Sequence record: SRR20825006_1000
Length of the DNA: 60,457 bases
Reading direction: 5' to 3' (one strand)
Shown here: piece after piece, positions 37,619 to 45,895 of the stretch
Layout of the letters: every line of letters begins with the position of its first letter
Position numbering within the stretch: the stretch's first letter is position 1
Program-made: the position numbers and the translations under genes
The notes under the pieces: generated by a model
What the model was told of the DNA's origin: nothing
Databases searched by the model: none
The model's input: only the letters and a program-made list of their open reading frames with translations

Positions 37619-38593
37619 TTACCAATACTTCTCAAAGCGAATGGTGCCAGGTCCGGGTGTTTCTGTGGCATCGTGGAAACCGGCAGCCCGAAGCAGAGGC
37701 AGCATGCCAGGTCGGTCGGGAACGTCTCCGCCAGGCGGCACGTAACCAATCATGTCCGGATTTCCACACAAAAAGACGTGCGTGTTGCCGGGCGCGAGTG
37801 GATCACCAACCAACTCCGCCAGCTTGCCGGTAGTGAACATGGTTTGCAGATACTGCTTGCCGACGTAGTCGGGCCGGTTCGGTTCCAGATTCTTGGGCTC
37901 ACGAGTCGTTAACGGCAAGTAGCAATAGTTCGGAAAACGTCGCATCAGTTCATCGTGCTCGCTCTGGTAAGCGATGTCCGACTGATAACGGACGCTGGTT
38001 GCGATGACGACTTTTCCACGGTGCCCGCGAGACAACAATGTGGTCGCCATGGCGTTGTGCGGAGCTTCGCCGGTGCCGGTTCCGAGCATCAGGACGTTTT
38101 CGTCCGCCGGAATATCACCCAACAAATACCGACCCGTGATTTTGCGTTCGACGCAAATTCGATCTCCCTCACCTTTGCCAAACAAACGAGGTGTCAGGGC
38201 GGGAGGCTTGCTCGCGGCAGTTGCGCCCTGACGCACCAACGTGATGTAAAACTCCAGGTAGTCGATTTGATCGATTGGCGCCAACTCACCCGCTTTGGGC
38301 GATTCGGCATCGTGAAGCATCGGACATGAAATGGAATACGCCCGTCGCACCAATTTTCGCGACTTTTTGATTGGAACGTCCTCGGGCTGGGTGCCACGCA
38401 ATCGCGGTTCCCAGTTCCCAAGCCCCAAGGCGACATACTGCCCGGGCTCAAACGGCATCACGGGTTCATCGCATTGGATGCGGAACCGGGCCAGGTCTTC
38501 CGTCAGATCCATCCGTTTGATGATGGTCGCGTTGTAGTGCCGCTCGCGAAGCAGATGCTTCTCTTCATCGTCCGGGTAGCCCAATTCATCCAT
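37619..38593 (-). CDS. fpr: Ferredoxin/flavodoxin--NADP+ reductase
   Basis: FEPGQY, RRAYSIS, LTPRL, GTGTGEAP, FLCGNPDMI, C-terminal EKYW. Confidence 0.88.
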   Translation of the reverse strand: MDELGYPDDEEKHLLRERHYNATIIKRMDLTEDLARFRIQCDEPVMPFEPGQYVALGLGNWEPRLRGTQPEDVPIKKSRKLVRRAYSISCPMLHDAESPKAGELAPIDQIDYLEFYITLVRQGATAASKPPALTPRLFGKGEGDRICVERKITGRYLLGDIPADENVLMLGTGTGEAPHNAMATTLLSRGHRGKVVIATSVRYQSDIAYQSEHDELMRRFPNYCYLPLTTREPKNLEPNRPDYVGKQYLQTMFTTGKLAELVGDPLAPGNTHVFLCGNPDMIGYVPPGGDVPDRPGMLPLLRAAGFHDATETPGPGTIRFEKYW

Positions 38594-38867
38594 CGCGTTT
38601 TCAACTCCCAGATGCCTTTTTCACGTCGGCGACCTCGTCCGCCTGAGTTACTATAGTGGATGAGGTCGAGCGGCGTGGTTGTATCCACCTCGCTTTGTCA
38701 GCCTGGCATTTTTTGACAAATGGCTTGGCTGCAAAGCGATGTGAACTAGCCGAGATGGAAAGCCCTCCGCCTAGTGAATTAGCGACCGCTATCACAGTGG
38801 TCACTGTCGCTTCGCTTGTCTCGACTTCGCGATCTCACCGCCTCACCTTTCATTCGGACCTTCGATC

Positions 38868-40289
38868 ATGCTTGATCGCCAAGTCTTCTTTCGGCAACTT
38901 CCGCATCGTCTCTCGATCCTATCAGGCACAATCGCGCTTTCGTTCGTGTTGGGCACATCGTCGAACTTGTCCGCAGAGAACTGGACCAGCTTGGTTGGCA
39001 ACCGAACGATCCAAGCCCAGATGGTTGGACTGTGGGACGACAACGTCATCCTGCTGATGTCCAACGGAAAACGTGTCAGCGTCCCGATGAAATCGCTGAT
39101 CGCAGAGAGCCGGATTCAAGCCGAAGAGATTGCGACTCGCTTGAAAGAACAGCGCGAAATGTTGAGCGAGGAACTTCGACAAGTCGCGGACGCAGAAGCT
39201 GCTGCTGCTCCGGACCCATTGCCGACTCCTCCTGCACCCGCCGCGTACCAACCGTTGGCACCAAATCTTTCCATTGACGAAGCGATCCAACAAATTCACA
39301 CGCAACTTCGCGAAGGACATTTGGCCATTGCTATCGACGCGTTGCCACCGTCTTATCGAAGCGACATTGATGAACTGACTGACTTGGCTTTGCAAAAGGC
39401 TGACGCGAATAGTTTGAATGAAGGCGTCCGAGAGCTTCACCGATGGGCGGATTTGATTGCCACGCGTCAGAACTGGATCAAGTCACATCCGCGAGTGGCC
39501 GCCGGTTCACCTGACAGTGACAGCCCTTATGTGGAAGTCATCGACGAGATGATCCTGCCAATCGCGAACATGATTCGTGCTGGCTTTGCCGATGGTGCTG
39601 GCGACGCAGAAACCATTCGTCAAAAGGGCGTCACGAACTGGATTCGCGAACGTAGCGAAGCGATGGCACCGTACTTCCGACAACTCACTCAGTCATTCAC
39701 ATCGTCTGATCCAAGATGGGAAGTCGCCCGTTTTGACGAGAAGACCGCAACAATCAAGCGTGCTGGATCGGGCACCCAACAACCGGGACAACGGCGTCCG
39801 AGCCGCGGCGAAACGATTGACTTCGTACAAGTCGAAGGCTACTGGATTCCGAAGTCCGTTGCGGATCAATTCCCGAAGTGGGTTGAAGAACAACGGAAGC
39901 AAATCAGCGAAATGAATGCTGATGAAGTCTCCGGTTTGACACTCCCTCAGGCGGGCCCCGCTGCTGCGATGGTGTCGGGCATGGCTGCCCAAATGAGCCA
40001 AAATTTGGCGACATTGGAAGCTGCTGCCGACGCCACGGCTTTCCATGAGGCATCCGAACAGATGCTCGCACCACTTCAACCAATGCTGAGTTTGGCGGGA
40101 GCAGCGTTGAAGATGGGCGGTGGTCGAAATGCGAACGGGATGTCAGGCTACGGCGACTCCGGTTACGGCATGGGCGATCCTGGATACGAAGACATGGGCA
40201 TGGACCCGCTCTATGACGAAACCATGATGGAAGATGGCAGCATGGACCAAAGTGGTTCGAACTATGGCATGGAACCGATGAATCAATGA
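38868..40289 (+). CDS. Secreted protein with N-terminal SHD1-like domain and Met/Gly/Tyr/Asp-rich tail
   Basis: Signal peptide then WTSLVGNRTIQAQMVG...VILLMSNGKRVSVPMKSL (SHD1 pattern); low-complexity C-terminus. Confidence 0.75.
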   Translation: MLDRQVFFRQLPHRLSILSGTIALSFVLGTSSNLSAENWTSLVGNRTIQAQMVGLWDDNVILLMSNGKRVSVPMKSLIAESRIQAEEIATRLKEQREMLSEELRQVADAEAAAAPDPLPTPPAPAAYQPLAPNLSIDEAIQQIHTQLREGHLAIAIDALPPSYRSDIDELTDLALQKADANSLNEGVRELHRWADLIATRQNWIKSHPRVAAGSPDSDSPYVEVIDEMILPIANMIRAGFADGAGDAETIRQKGVTNWIRERSEAMAPYFRQLTQSFTSSDPRWEVARFDEKTATIKRAGSGTQQPGQRRPSRGETIDFVQVEGYWIPKSVADQFPKWVEEQRKQISEMNADEVSGLTLPQAGPAAAMVSGMAAQMSQNLATLEAAADATAFHEASEQMLAPLQPMLSLAGAALKMGGGRNANGMSGYGDSGYGMGDPGYEDMGMDPLYDETMMEDGSMDQSGSNYGMEPMNQ

Positions 40290-40302
40290 GCTCAATGAAT
40301 CG

Positions 40303-41760
40303 ATGAACATTGCGATCATTGGTGGTGGACTGTCAGGATTGTCCACTTCCGTTCACATACGCTTGTTGGCCCAAAAGCAAAACAAGCCTCTTCCGAACAT
40401 CACTCTTTTCGAAGCTTCCGATCGACTTGGGGGCGTTATTCACACTGAAACGCTGACGGACGATCACGGCCGCACTTTTGTGATCGATCACGGTGCGGAC
40501 ATGTTCGCCACCGCCCCGTCGGCAGCAATCGATTTGTGTGAGCAACTTGGTGTCGCGGATCAATTACTGCGTCCCAGTCCGCTCGGCCGCGGCGCGATGA
40601 TCGCACGAGGCAACCGTCTGATTCCGATCCCGGAAGGATTCGTACTGATGCGTCCGACCAAACTAGGGTCGATGCTGACGACGCCTCTGCTGAGCCTCTC
40701 GGCCAAACTTCGCTTGCTGCAAGAGCGTTTCATTGCACGCAGGGCGGAAAGCGTGACCGATGAGAGCGTGGGATCGTTCGTCCGTCGGCGACTTGGCGAA
40801 GAGTGTCTGGACAACATCGTCGCTCCCTTGGTCGCTGGCATTTACACCGCAGATGTCGATCGCCTCAGCATGGCGGCAACGATGAAACCGATTTGGGACA
40901 TGGAGACCAGCGACGGTTCACTTGCGAAAGCGACGTTGCGACGCATTCGGACTGGCGAAGACTCCACCGAGCAAGCCAGCAGTGGAGCTCGCTATGAGAA
41001 GTTCCGCGCGTTTCCCAATGGCATGAAGCAATGGATCGACACGCTTGCAGACTTCACAGGCCGGGAAAACATTCGGCTCAAAACCGCGGTGCAATCGATT
41101 GTCCCACTTCCCGATAACCGCTATCAACTGAACGTCAAATCTGACATCAACGGTCAATCAACTCAAGAGTTTGATCAGGTCGTTGTTTCAACGCCCGCGC
41201 ACGTCGCGTCAACACTTCTGCAACCACTCAGCGAAGAAGCCGCGTCCACGCTTCGCTCCATACCATTCGCGTCCACCGCAATTGTTGTGATGGCAGTCGG
41301 ACGCGAGTGCATCTCGCGGTTGCCGACGACGTTTGGGTTTGTCGTGCCCCCAAAAGAAAACCGCCGCGTATTGGCAGGCAGTTTCGCGAGTACAAAATTT
41401 CCCCAGCGGGCGCCCGATGACTATGTCATTGTCAGGGCATTTGTGGGCGGCGTGATGCAACCTGAGATCTTAGATAGCAGCGATAATGAGATCATCGACA
41501 TTGTTCGTGCCGAACTGGGTGAGCTAATCGGGCTGGACCAAACTCAATCGCTCGAAGACATCACCGCGATGGTGAAAGTCGTGCGATGGAACGACGCGAT
41601 GCCTCAATACGAAGTTGGCCATTTGGACAAAGTCCAACGGATCCGCACCGCTCTTGCATCACTCGAAGGACTGCACCTGAACACAAACGCACTGGGTGGC
41701 GTCGGGATCGCTCCAGTGATCGCAGCTTCAAAACGGACCGCGGAACGCATCTTGAAGTGA
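40303..41760 (+). CDS. hemY: Protoporphyrinogen/coproporphyrinogen oxidase, HemY type
   Basis: IAIIGGGLSGL, EASDRLGG, PLVAGIY, FGFVVP, KFPQRAP, RWNDAMPQYEVGH. Confidence 0.9.
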   Translation: MNIAIIGGGLSGLSTSVHIRLLAQKQNKPLPNITLFEASDRLGGVIHTETLTDDHGRTFVIDHGADMFATAPSAAIDLCEQLGVADQLLRPSPLGRGAMIARGNRLIPIPEGFVLMRPTKLGSMLTTPLLSLSAKLRLLQERFIARRAESVTDESVGSFVRRRLGEECLDNIVAPLVAGIYTADVDRLSMAATMKPIWDMETSDGSLAKATLRRIRTGEDSTEQASSGARYEKFRAFPNGMKQWIDTLADFTGRENIRLKTAVQSIVPLPDNRYQLNVKSDINGQSTQEFDQVVVSTPAHVASTLLQPLSEEAASTLRSIPFASTAIVVMAVGRECISRLPTTFGFVVPPKENRRVLAGSFASTKFPQRAPDDYVIVRAFVGGVMQPEILDSSDNEIIDIVRAELGELIGLDQTQSLEDITAMVKVVRWNDAMPQYEVGHLDKVQRIRTALASLEGLHLNTNALGGVGIAPVIAASKRTAERILK

Positions 41761-42048
41761 CATCAAGACTTCCGCTCGGAGGCGGATTGGCGGGCAAGAG
41801 GCACGATTGAGTCACCCCTCGAAATCCAGAGTAAAACCGCCTGGAACACTCTCGAATTGTTTCGCGAATTCCGAGGGAGGGGCAAAAAGATGGGATTGAC
41901 TGGGGTATCGGGATGGTTCACGCTGCGCAGTCAGTTGAGCACCACATTTGGGTTGGTTGGTTTGTTTTGGAAGCGTTTTCCAGTGAAACGAGCCCGAATG
42001 CGAGAGGCATCTTGCCTCGTTGGTGACGGTTTGCAGGGTATCAGATTA

Positions 42049-42477
42049 GTGACGAACATTTATGTCGGGAACCTCTCGTTCAAGGCCACCGAAGAAGAGC
42101 TCCGTGGCGCGTTCGAACAGTATGGCGAAGTGTCAGCTGTGAACATCATCATGGACCGAGAGACAGGACGTAGTCGCGGTTTTGCCTTTGTTGAAATGGC
42201 GGATGCCGAAGGCGCAAAAGACGCGATCGAAAACCTGAACGGTCATGAAATCGATGGCCGTAGCGTGACAGTCAATGAAGCTCGTCCACGCGAGCCGCGT
42301 AGTGGCGGCGGTGGCGGAGGAGGAGGCTACGGTGGTGGCGGCGGCGGTCGCGGCCGAGGCGGTGGCGGCGGTGGTTACGGCGGCGGCGGTGGCAACCGCG
42401 GCGGTGGCTATGGTGGCGGCGGTGGAGGATACGGCGGAGGCGGTGGCGGCGGCTACGGTGGCCGTGGCGATCGCTAG
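42049..42477 (+). CDS. RRM RNA-binding protein with Gly/Arg/Tyr-rich tail (GTG start)
   Basis: RNP2 IYVGNL, RNP1 [31 protein letters not shown] repeats. Confidence 0.95.
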   Translation: MTNIYVGNLSFKATEEELRGAFEQYGEVSAVNIIMDRETGRSRGFAFVEMADAEGAKDAIENLNGHEIDGRSVTVNEARPREPRSGGGGGGGGYGGGGGGRGRGGGGGGYGGGGGNRGGGYGGGGGGYGGGGGGGYGGRGDR

Positions 42478-42508
42478 TCCCGAACCAAATCGCAAATAAG
42501 ATTCATTG

Positions 42509-42548
42509 AACGGAAGCCAGTTTGGTAACAGATTGGCGTCCGTTTTTT
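42509..42548 (+). terminator. Intrinsic terminator after the RRM gene
   Basis: AACGGAAGCCAGTTTG-GTAA-CAGATTGGCGTCCGTT followed by TTTT. Confidence 0.75.
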
Positions 42549-42602
42549 ACGTCCACTCTGCCGTCTCGGTGACCTCATCGGAGCGTCCCGTGACGCTTTG
42601 CA

Positions 42603-43883
42603 TCAGTTATCCAGTCCGGTCATCATCGGACGCTTCGAAGGCATTAAAATCGCGTCGTCACGCGAAACCTCTTCTCGCATCGCCTTCAACCGTTCGTACT
42701 TGCGACGAGCGGCTTCCGCCACTTCCGGGTCTTCGTATTTTGGCACAGTGCCGATGGGTGACTGCATCGCGAGCTTTCCAAACTCATCCAAGATTTCGGT
42801 CAAGCTCATCCCCGTACGGTCGCTGGTTCCTCGAGTGAGCCGAGTGATCATTTCCATCGAAAGGATGCCAGCCGAACGGAAATGAATCTCCGTCACGACG
42901 GGTTCCGCCGGGTACATCCCCATCAAAACCATCTTGTCGAAACGAACTTCCGAAGAGATCGTCGGAAGCGGCGAATTGACCGCTTCGTTCCCCAAATCCA
43001 ATCGGTGCAAATTGGCTCGCTCATCACTGGTGATGTAGACCTCGATGCTGAAGTCATCCGCCGTTGAGTCCTGGGGCAAGTGCAACAGCATCAACTCCAA
43101 CGCTTGACGACCACCATCGGCCACACCCGAAACGGTGTCGTCGCTTTTTTCAAACGCGAACATCAATGCTAGGGTCCGCCCCAATAGAACTCCGGACTCC
43201 TCCGAAGTGCCAACAATACCTAGCGTACGAAATCGACTGACCGCGACGTTGATCATTGGCTCCGGTTCTACTGTGTAACCGGGACGTTCAATCTCATAGA
43301 ACGCTGCTGTGCAATCGGTGCCGAAGTAAACCCGTTTTTCTTCGTCGTAGTACAACTTGGGCTGCACCGACAAACGATGCTCCTCAAAGTACTGATCGAC
43401 CTGTTGCCGGGTAACAGAAGGCAGCTTTTGCCGACCTTGTGACGCCATTTCCAATCCAATCGTGATCGCCGAGATTCGCCCCAACTCGCCATGCTGACCA
43501 CTGCGAGCCATCGACAAAGGTGCAGAAACGGATGCTCCGGGGGCAACCAAACGACACGAGTTCCCTTTCGCCATCGTGTAAGCACGTGTCCACTCGCGTT
43601 CCGAATTCGGTAACGATTTCAACACAGTGATTTCGTCGCGGCGCGGCGCGGAGCCGATCTTTCCTACGCGAAGGGTCAGTTCACCGGCCGACTCTCCATC
43701 GGGTCTGGAAGACAACGACGGTTGCGCAAAACTACCCAGGCTCAGTTCAGGCTCATTCGGATCACGTTCTTTCGTTGCCGTCGATTGTTCCGCGGTGGAC
43801 TTCATCACCTGCCAAACAACCATCCCCGCCAACAGAACCACCAGCGCTATCGTCGCCCGTCTAAGAATCAATGGATCAATCAT
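42603..43883 (-). CDS. Hypothetical membrane-anchored protein (426 aa)
   Basis: Single N-terminal TM helix (ATIALVVLLAGMVVW); same strand as, and 58 nt downstream of, the PKS-Rieske-SDR genes. Confidence 0.8.
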   Translation of the reverse strand: MIDPLILRRATIALVVLLAGMVVWQVMKSTAEQSTATKERDPNEPELSLGSFAQPSLSSRPDGESAGELTLRVGKIGSAPRRDEITVLKSLPNSEREWTRAYTMAKGNSCRLVAPGASVSAPLSMARSGQHGELGRISAITIGLEMASQGRQKLPSVTRQQVDQYFEEHRLSVQPKLYYDEEKRVYFGTDCTAAFYEIERPGYTVEPEPMINVAVSRFRTLGIVGTSEESGVLLGRTLALMFAFEKSDDTVSGVADGGRQALELMLLHLPQDSTADDFSIEVYITSDERANLHRLDLGNEAVNSPLPTISSEVRFDKMVLMGMYPAEPVVTEIHFRSAGILSMEMITRLTRGTSDRTGMSLTEILDEFGKLAMQSPIGTVPKYEDPEVAEAARRKYERLKAMREEVSRDDAILMPSKRPMMTGLDN

Positions 43884-43941
43884 CGAACTACCAATCGCCT
43901 AGAAACATCTGTCACAAAAACTTGCTTGGCCGACTTTCGCA

Positions 43942-44739
43942 TCACACGCGAATGCTGACGCCGCCATCGATCACGAGCGTTTGCCCTTGGATCAAATCAC
44001 TTCCATCACCACACAAAAACGCTACCACTGACGAAACGTCTTGTTCGCATAGCCGTCGTTTACCAACCATCATTCGTTCGCTCGCCGCTTCAATCAAACC
44101 TTCCGAACCGGGCATGCTAGCGATCGCGTCTGTGGCAATGATGCCTGGCAGTACACAGTTGAAGTTGATCCCGCGATCACCAAACTCCAACGCAAGATGA
44201 CGGACCAACGCTTCCAACGCTGCCTTGGATGCACCGATGGCTCCGTAATGAGGCACCGCCCAATTCGAACCGTGGCTACTGACGGCGACCAACTTGCCAT
44301 GAGATTCGCCCTCGGCCAAATACTTCCAAGCCGCTTGAGCCAACCACACCACCGGCGCTGAGTTACTGCGAAGAACCGCGTCGAAATTGACAGGTGTCAA
44401 ATCATTCAGATCGCGAAAACCACCCGCCGCGGCATTGCTGACAACGATATCCAATCCGCCCCACTTCTCGACGACGCTCTCGACCATCGCGTCGACGTCT
44501 TCCTTGCAAGAGATGTCAGCTCGCACCAACATCACCGCTCCGCCGGAATTGGAAATCTCCGTTGCGACCTCGACCGCACGCTCTTCCGACTTCAAAAAGT
44601 TGATCGCAACCGACGCACCGCGAGCAGCCAATTCCAACGCGATCGCGCGACCGATCCCTCGGCTCGCACCGGTCACCAACGCTCGTTTGCCTTGCAAGTC
44701 CGCCAATGGTTTCATGCCTGTCCTCGATCCCTCATTCAT
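43942..44739 (-). CDS. fabL: SDR, FabL-type enoyl-ACP reductase
   Basis: TGASRGIG, VSNAAAG, catalytic Y-x6-K (YGAIGASK) then AALEALVRHLALE, as in FabL/FabI rather than the YxxxK of FabG. Confidence 0.75.
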   Translation of the reverse strand: MNEGSRTGMKPLADLQGKRALVTGASRGIGRAIALELAARGASVAINFLKSEERAVEVATEISNSGGAVMLVRADISCKEDVDAMVESVVEKWGGLDIVVSNAAAGGFRDLNDLTPVNFDAVLRSNSAPVVWLAQAAWKYLAEGESHGKLVAVSSHGSNWAVPHYGAIGASKAALEALVRHLALEFGDRGINFNCVLPGIIATDAIASMPGSEGLIEAASERMMVGKRRLCEQDVSSVVAFLCGDGSDLIQGQTLVIDGGVSIRV

Positions 44740-45892
44740 GGTGATCTTCCAGCGTACCTTCTTTCGAAGCCGCGATTTCTGATTTCATTGATGTGTTCCA
44801 GTGCAAATGAAAGGCGTGCAGTCTTTCTTCACAGCGGCCAAAGATCCGACCGGCGTCTTCATCCGGATTGTCGCAACGGGCCGAATCCATGCCGGCCTGA
44901 ACCAGCGGGAAAATCGCCGCGTCTTCGGCCAACACTTTTCGAGCCATCGATGCGGCACTGCGCCCCAATCCATTCGCGACCCGATTTCGAATCAAGCCGG
45001 ACCGGGTGGGACGGCGGGTAAACCCGAATACGGTCAGCTTGCACTTCGATGTCCCGGTGGGTGTGATCTGATAAACCAAACTCATTGTGTCCGTGAACGA
45101 TGCCATGATATTTGGGAACACGTGAACATGCTGATAGTGGGTCGAAAAATCTCCAACCAACCAACACATCACCCGCTCTTCCATCCGAGCCAAGAACGAA
45201 TCGTCTCGCGCATCGGTCCGAAATCTGGTGCCCCAATCCAACAATTCATGAGTGCTCTCACTCTCGCCCGGGTCGTTGCCGAATGTTTGCGAGTGGACCT
45301 CACTCAGATGATAACTCTCCAGCGAACCTTCGATCGGGATTTTCCAATCGCATGAGTACTCGAGTTCCTCACAAAGAACTTGCTGCCACGAGGCCGTATT
45401 GGTCTTCGTCGCAAAGTCATCCAACCAAGCGTCGTTACCGAGCGAATTGGATTCGCCAGCCAGATTCACAAAGACCAATTGTCCGACGACGCGAACTGGA
45501 TAGCTCCCCAGCCGATACCGTTCACGATCGAAATGCGGGAAGTTTTTTGCCGCTGGAATCTTGCGAGTCCGTCCGTCACCACCGTACTGCCATCCGTGAT
45601 AGGGGCACTTCAGTTCCGTTGCGTGACCGTCACCTTCGGACACCAATTGGCACTGTCGGTGAGCACAAACATTTCGGAGTGCGACCAATTCGCCGCCGTG
45701 GTTGCGTACGATCAACGGCACTCCCAACCGGTCCATCGCTTGATAGTCGCCGACTCTGGATAGCCCCTTTGTCGTGGTGACCAACTGCCAACCGGAATGC
45801 CGCAGCACGGACACTTCACGTCGATGAATCGATGGATTGGTGTACCAGTTCGACGGCAGCAATGCCGGTTGAGAAGTCGTCGCGTGATACAT
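44732..45892 (-). CDS. Rieske non-heme iron oxygenase alpha subunit
   Basis: Rieske ligands CAH...CPYH; WKIPIE, ESYHLSEVH and ED mononuclear-iron motifs. Confidence 0.9.
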   Translation of the reverse strand: MYHATTSQPALLPSNWYTNPSIHRREVSVLRHSGWQLVTTTKGLSRVGDYQAMDRLGVPLIVRNHGGELVALRNVCAHRQCQLVSEGDGHATELKCPYHGWQYGGDGRTRKIPAAKNFPHFDRERYRLGSYPVRVVGQLVFVNLAGESNSLGNDAWLDDFATKTNTASWQQVLCEELEYSCDWKIPIEGSLESYHLSEVHSQTFGNDPGESESTHELLDWGTRFRTDARDDSFLARMEERVMCWLVGDFSTHYQHVHVFPNIMASFTDTMSLVYQITPTGTSKCKLTVFGFTRRPTRSGLIRNRVANGLGRSAASMARKVLAEDAAIFPLVQAGMDSARCDNPDEDAGRIFGRCEERLHAFHLHWNTSMKSEIAASKEGTLEDHHE

Positions 45893-45895
45893 GGC

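Noticed and set aside
42300-42470. GGC/GGT tandem repeats as a possible CRISPR or DNA repeat element
   Set aside because: They encode the Gly-rich tail of the RRM protein; no repeat-spacer structure and no cas genes.
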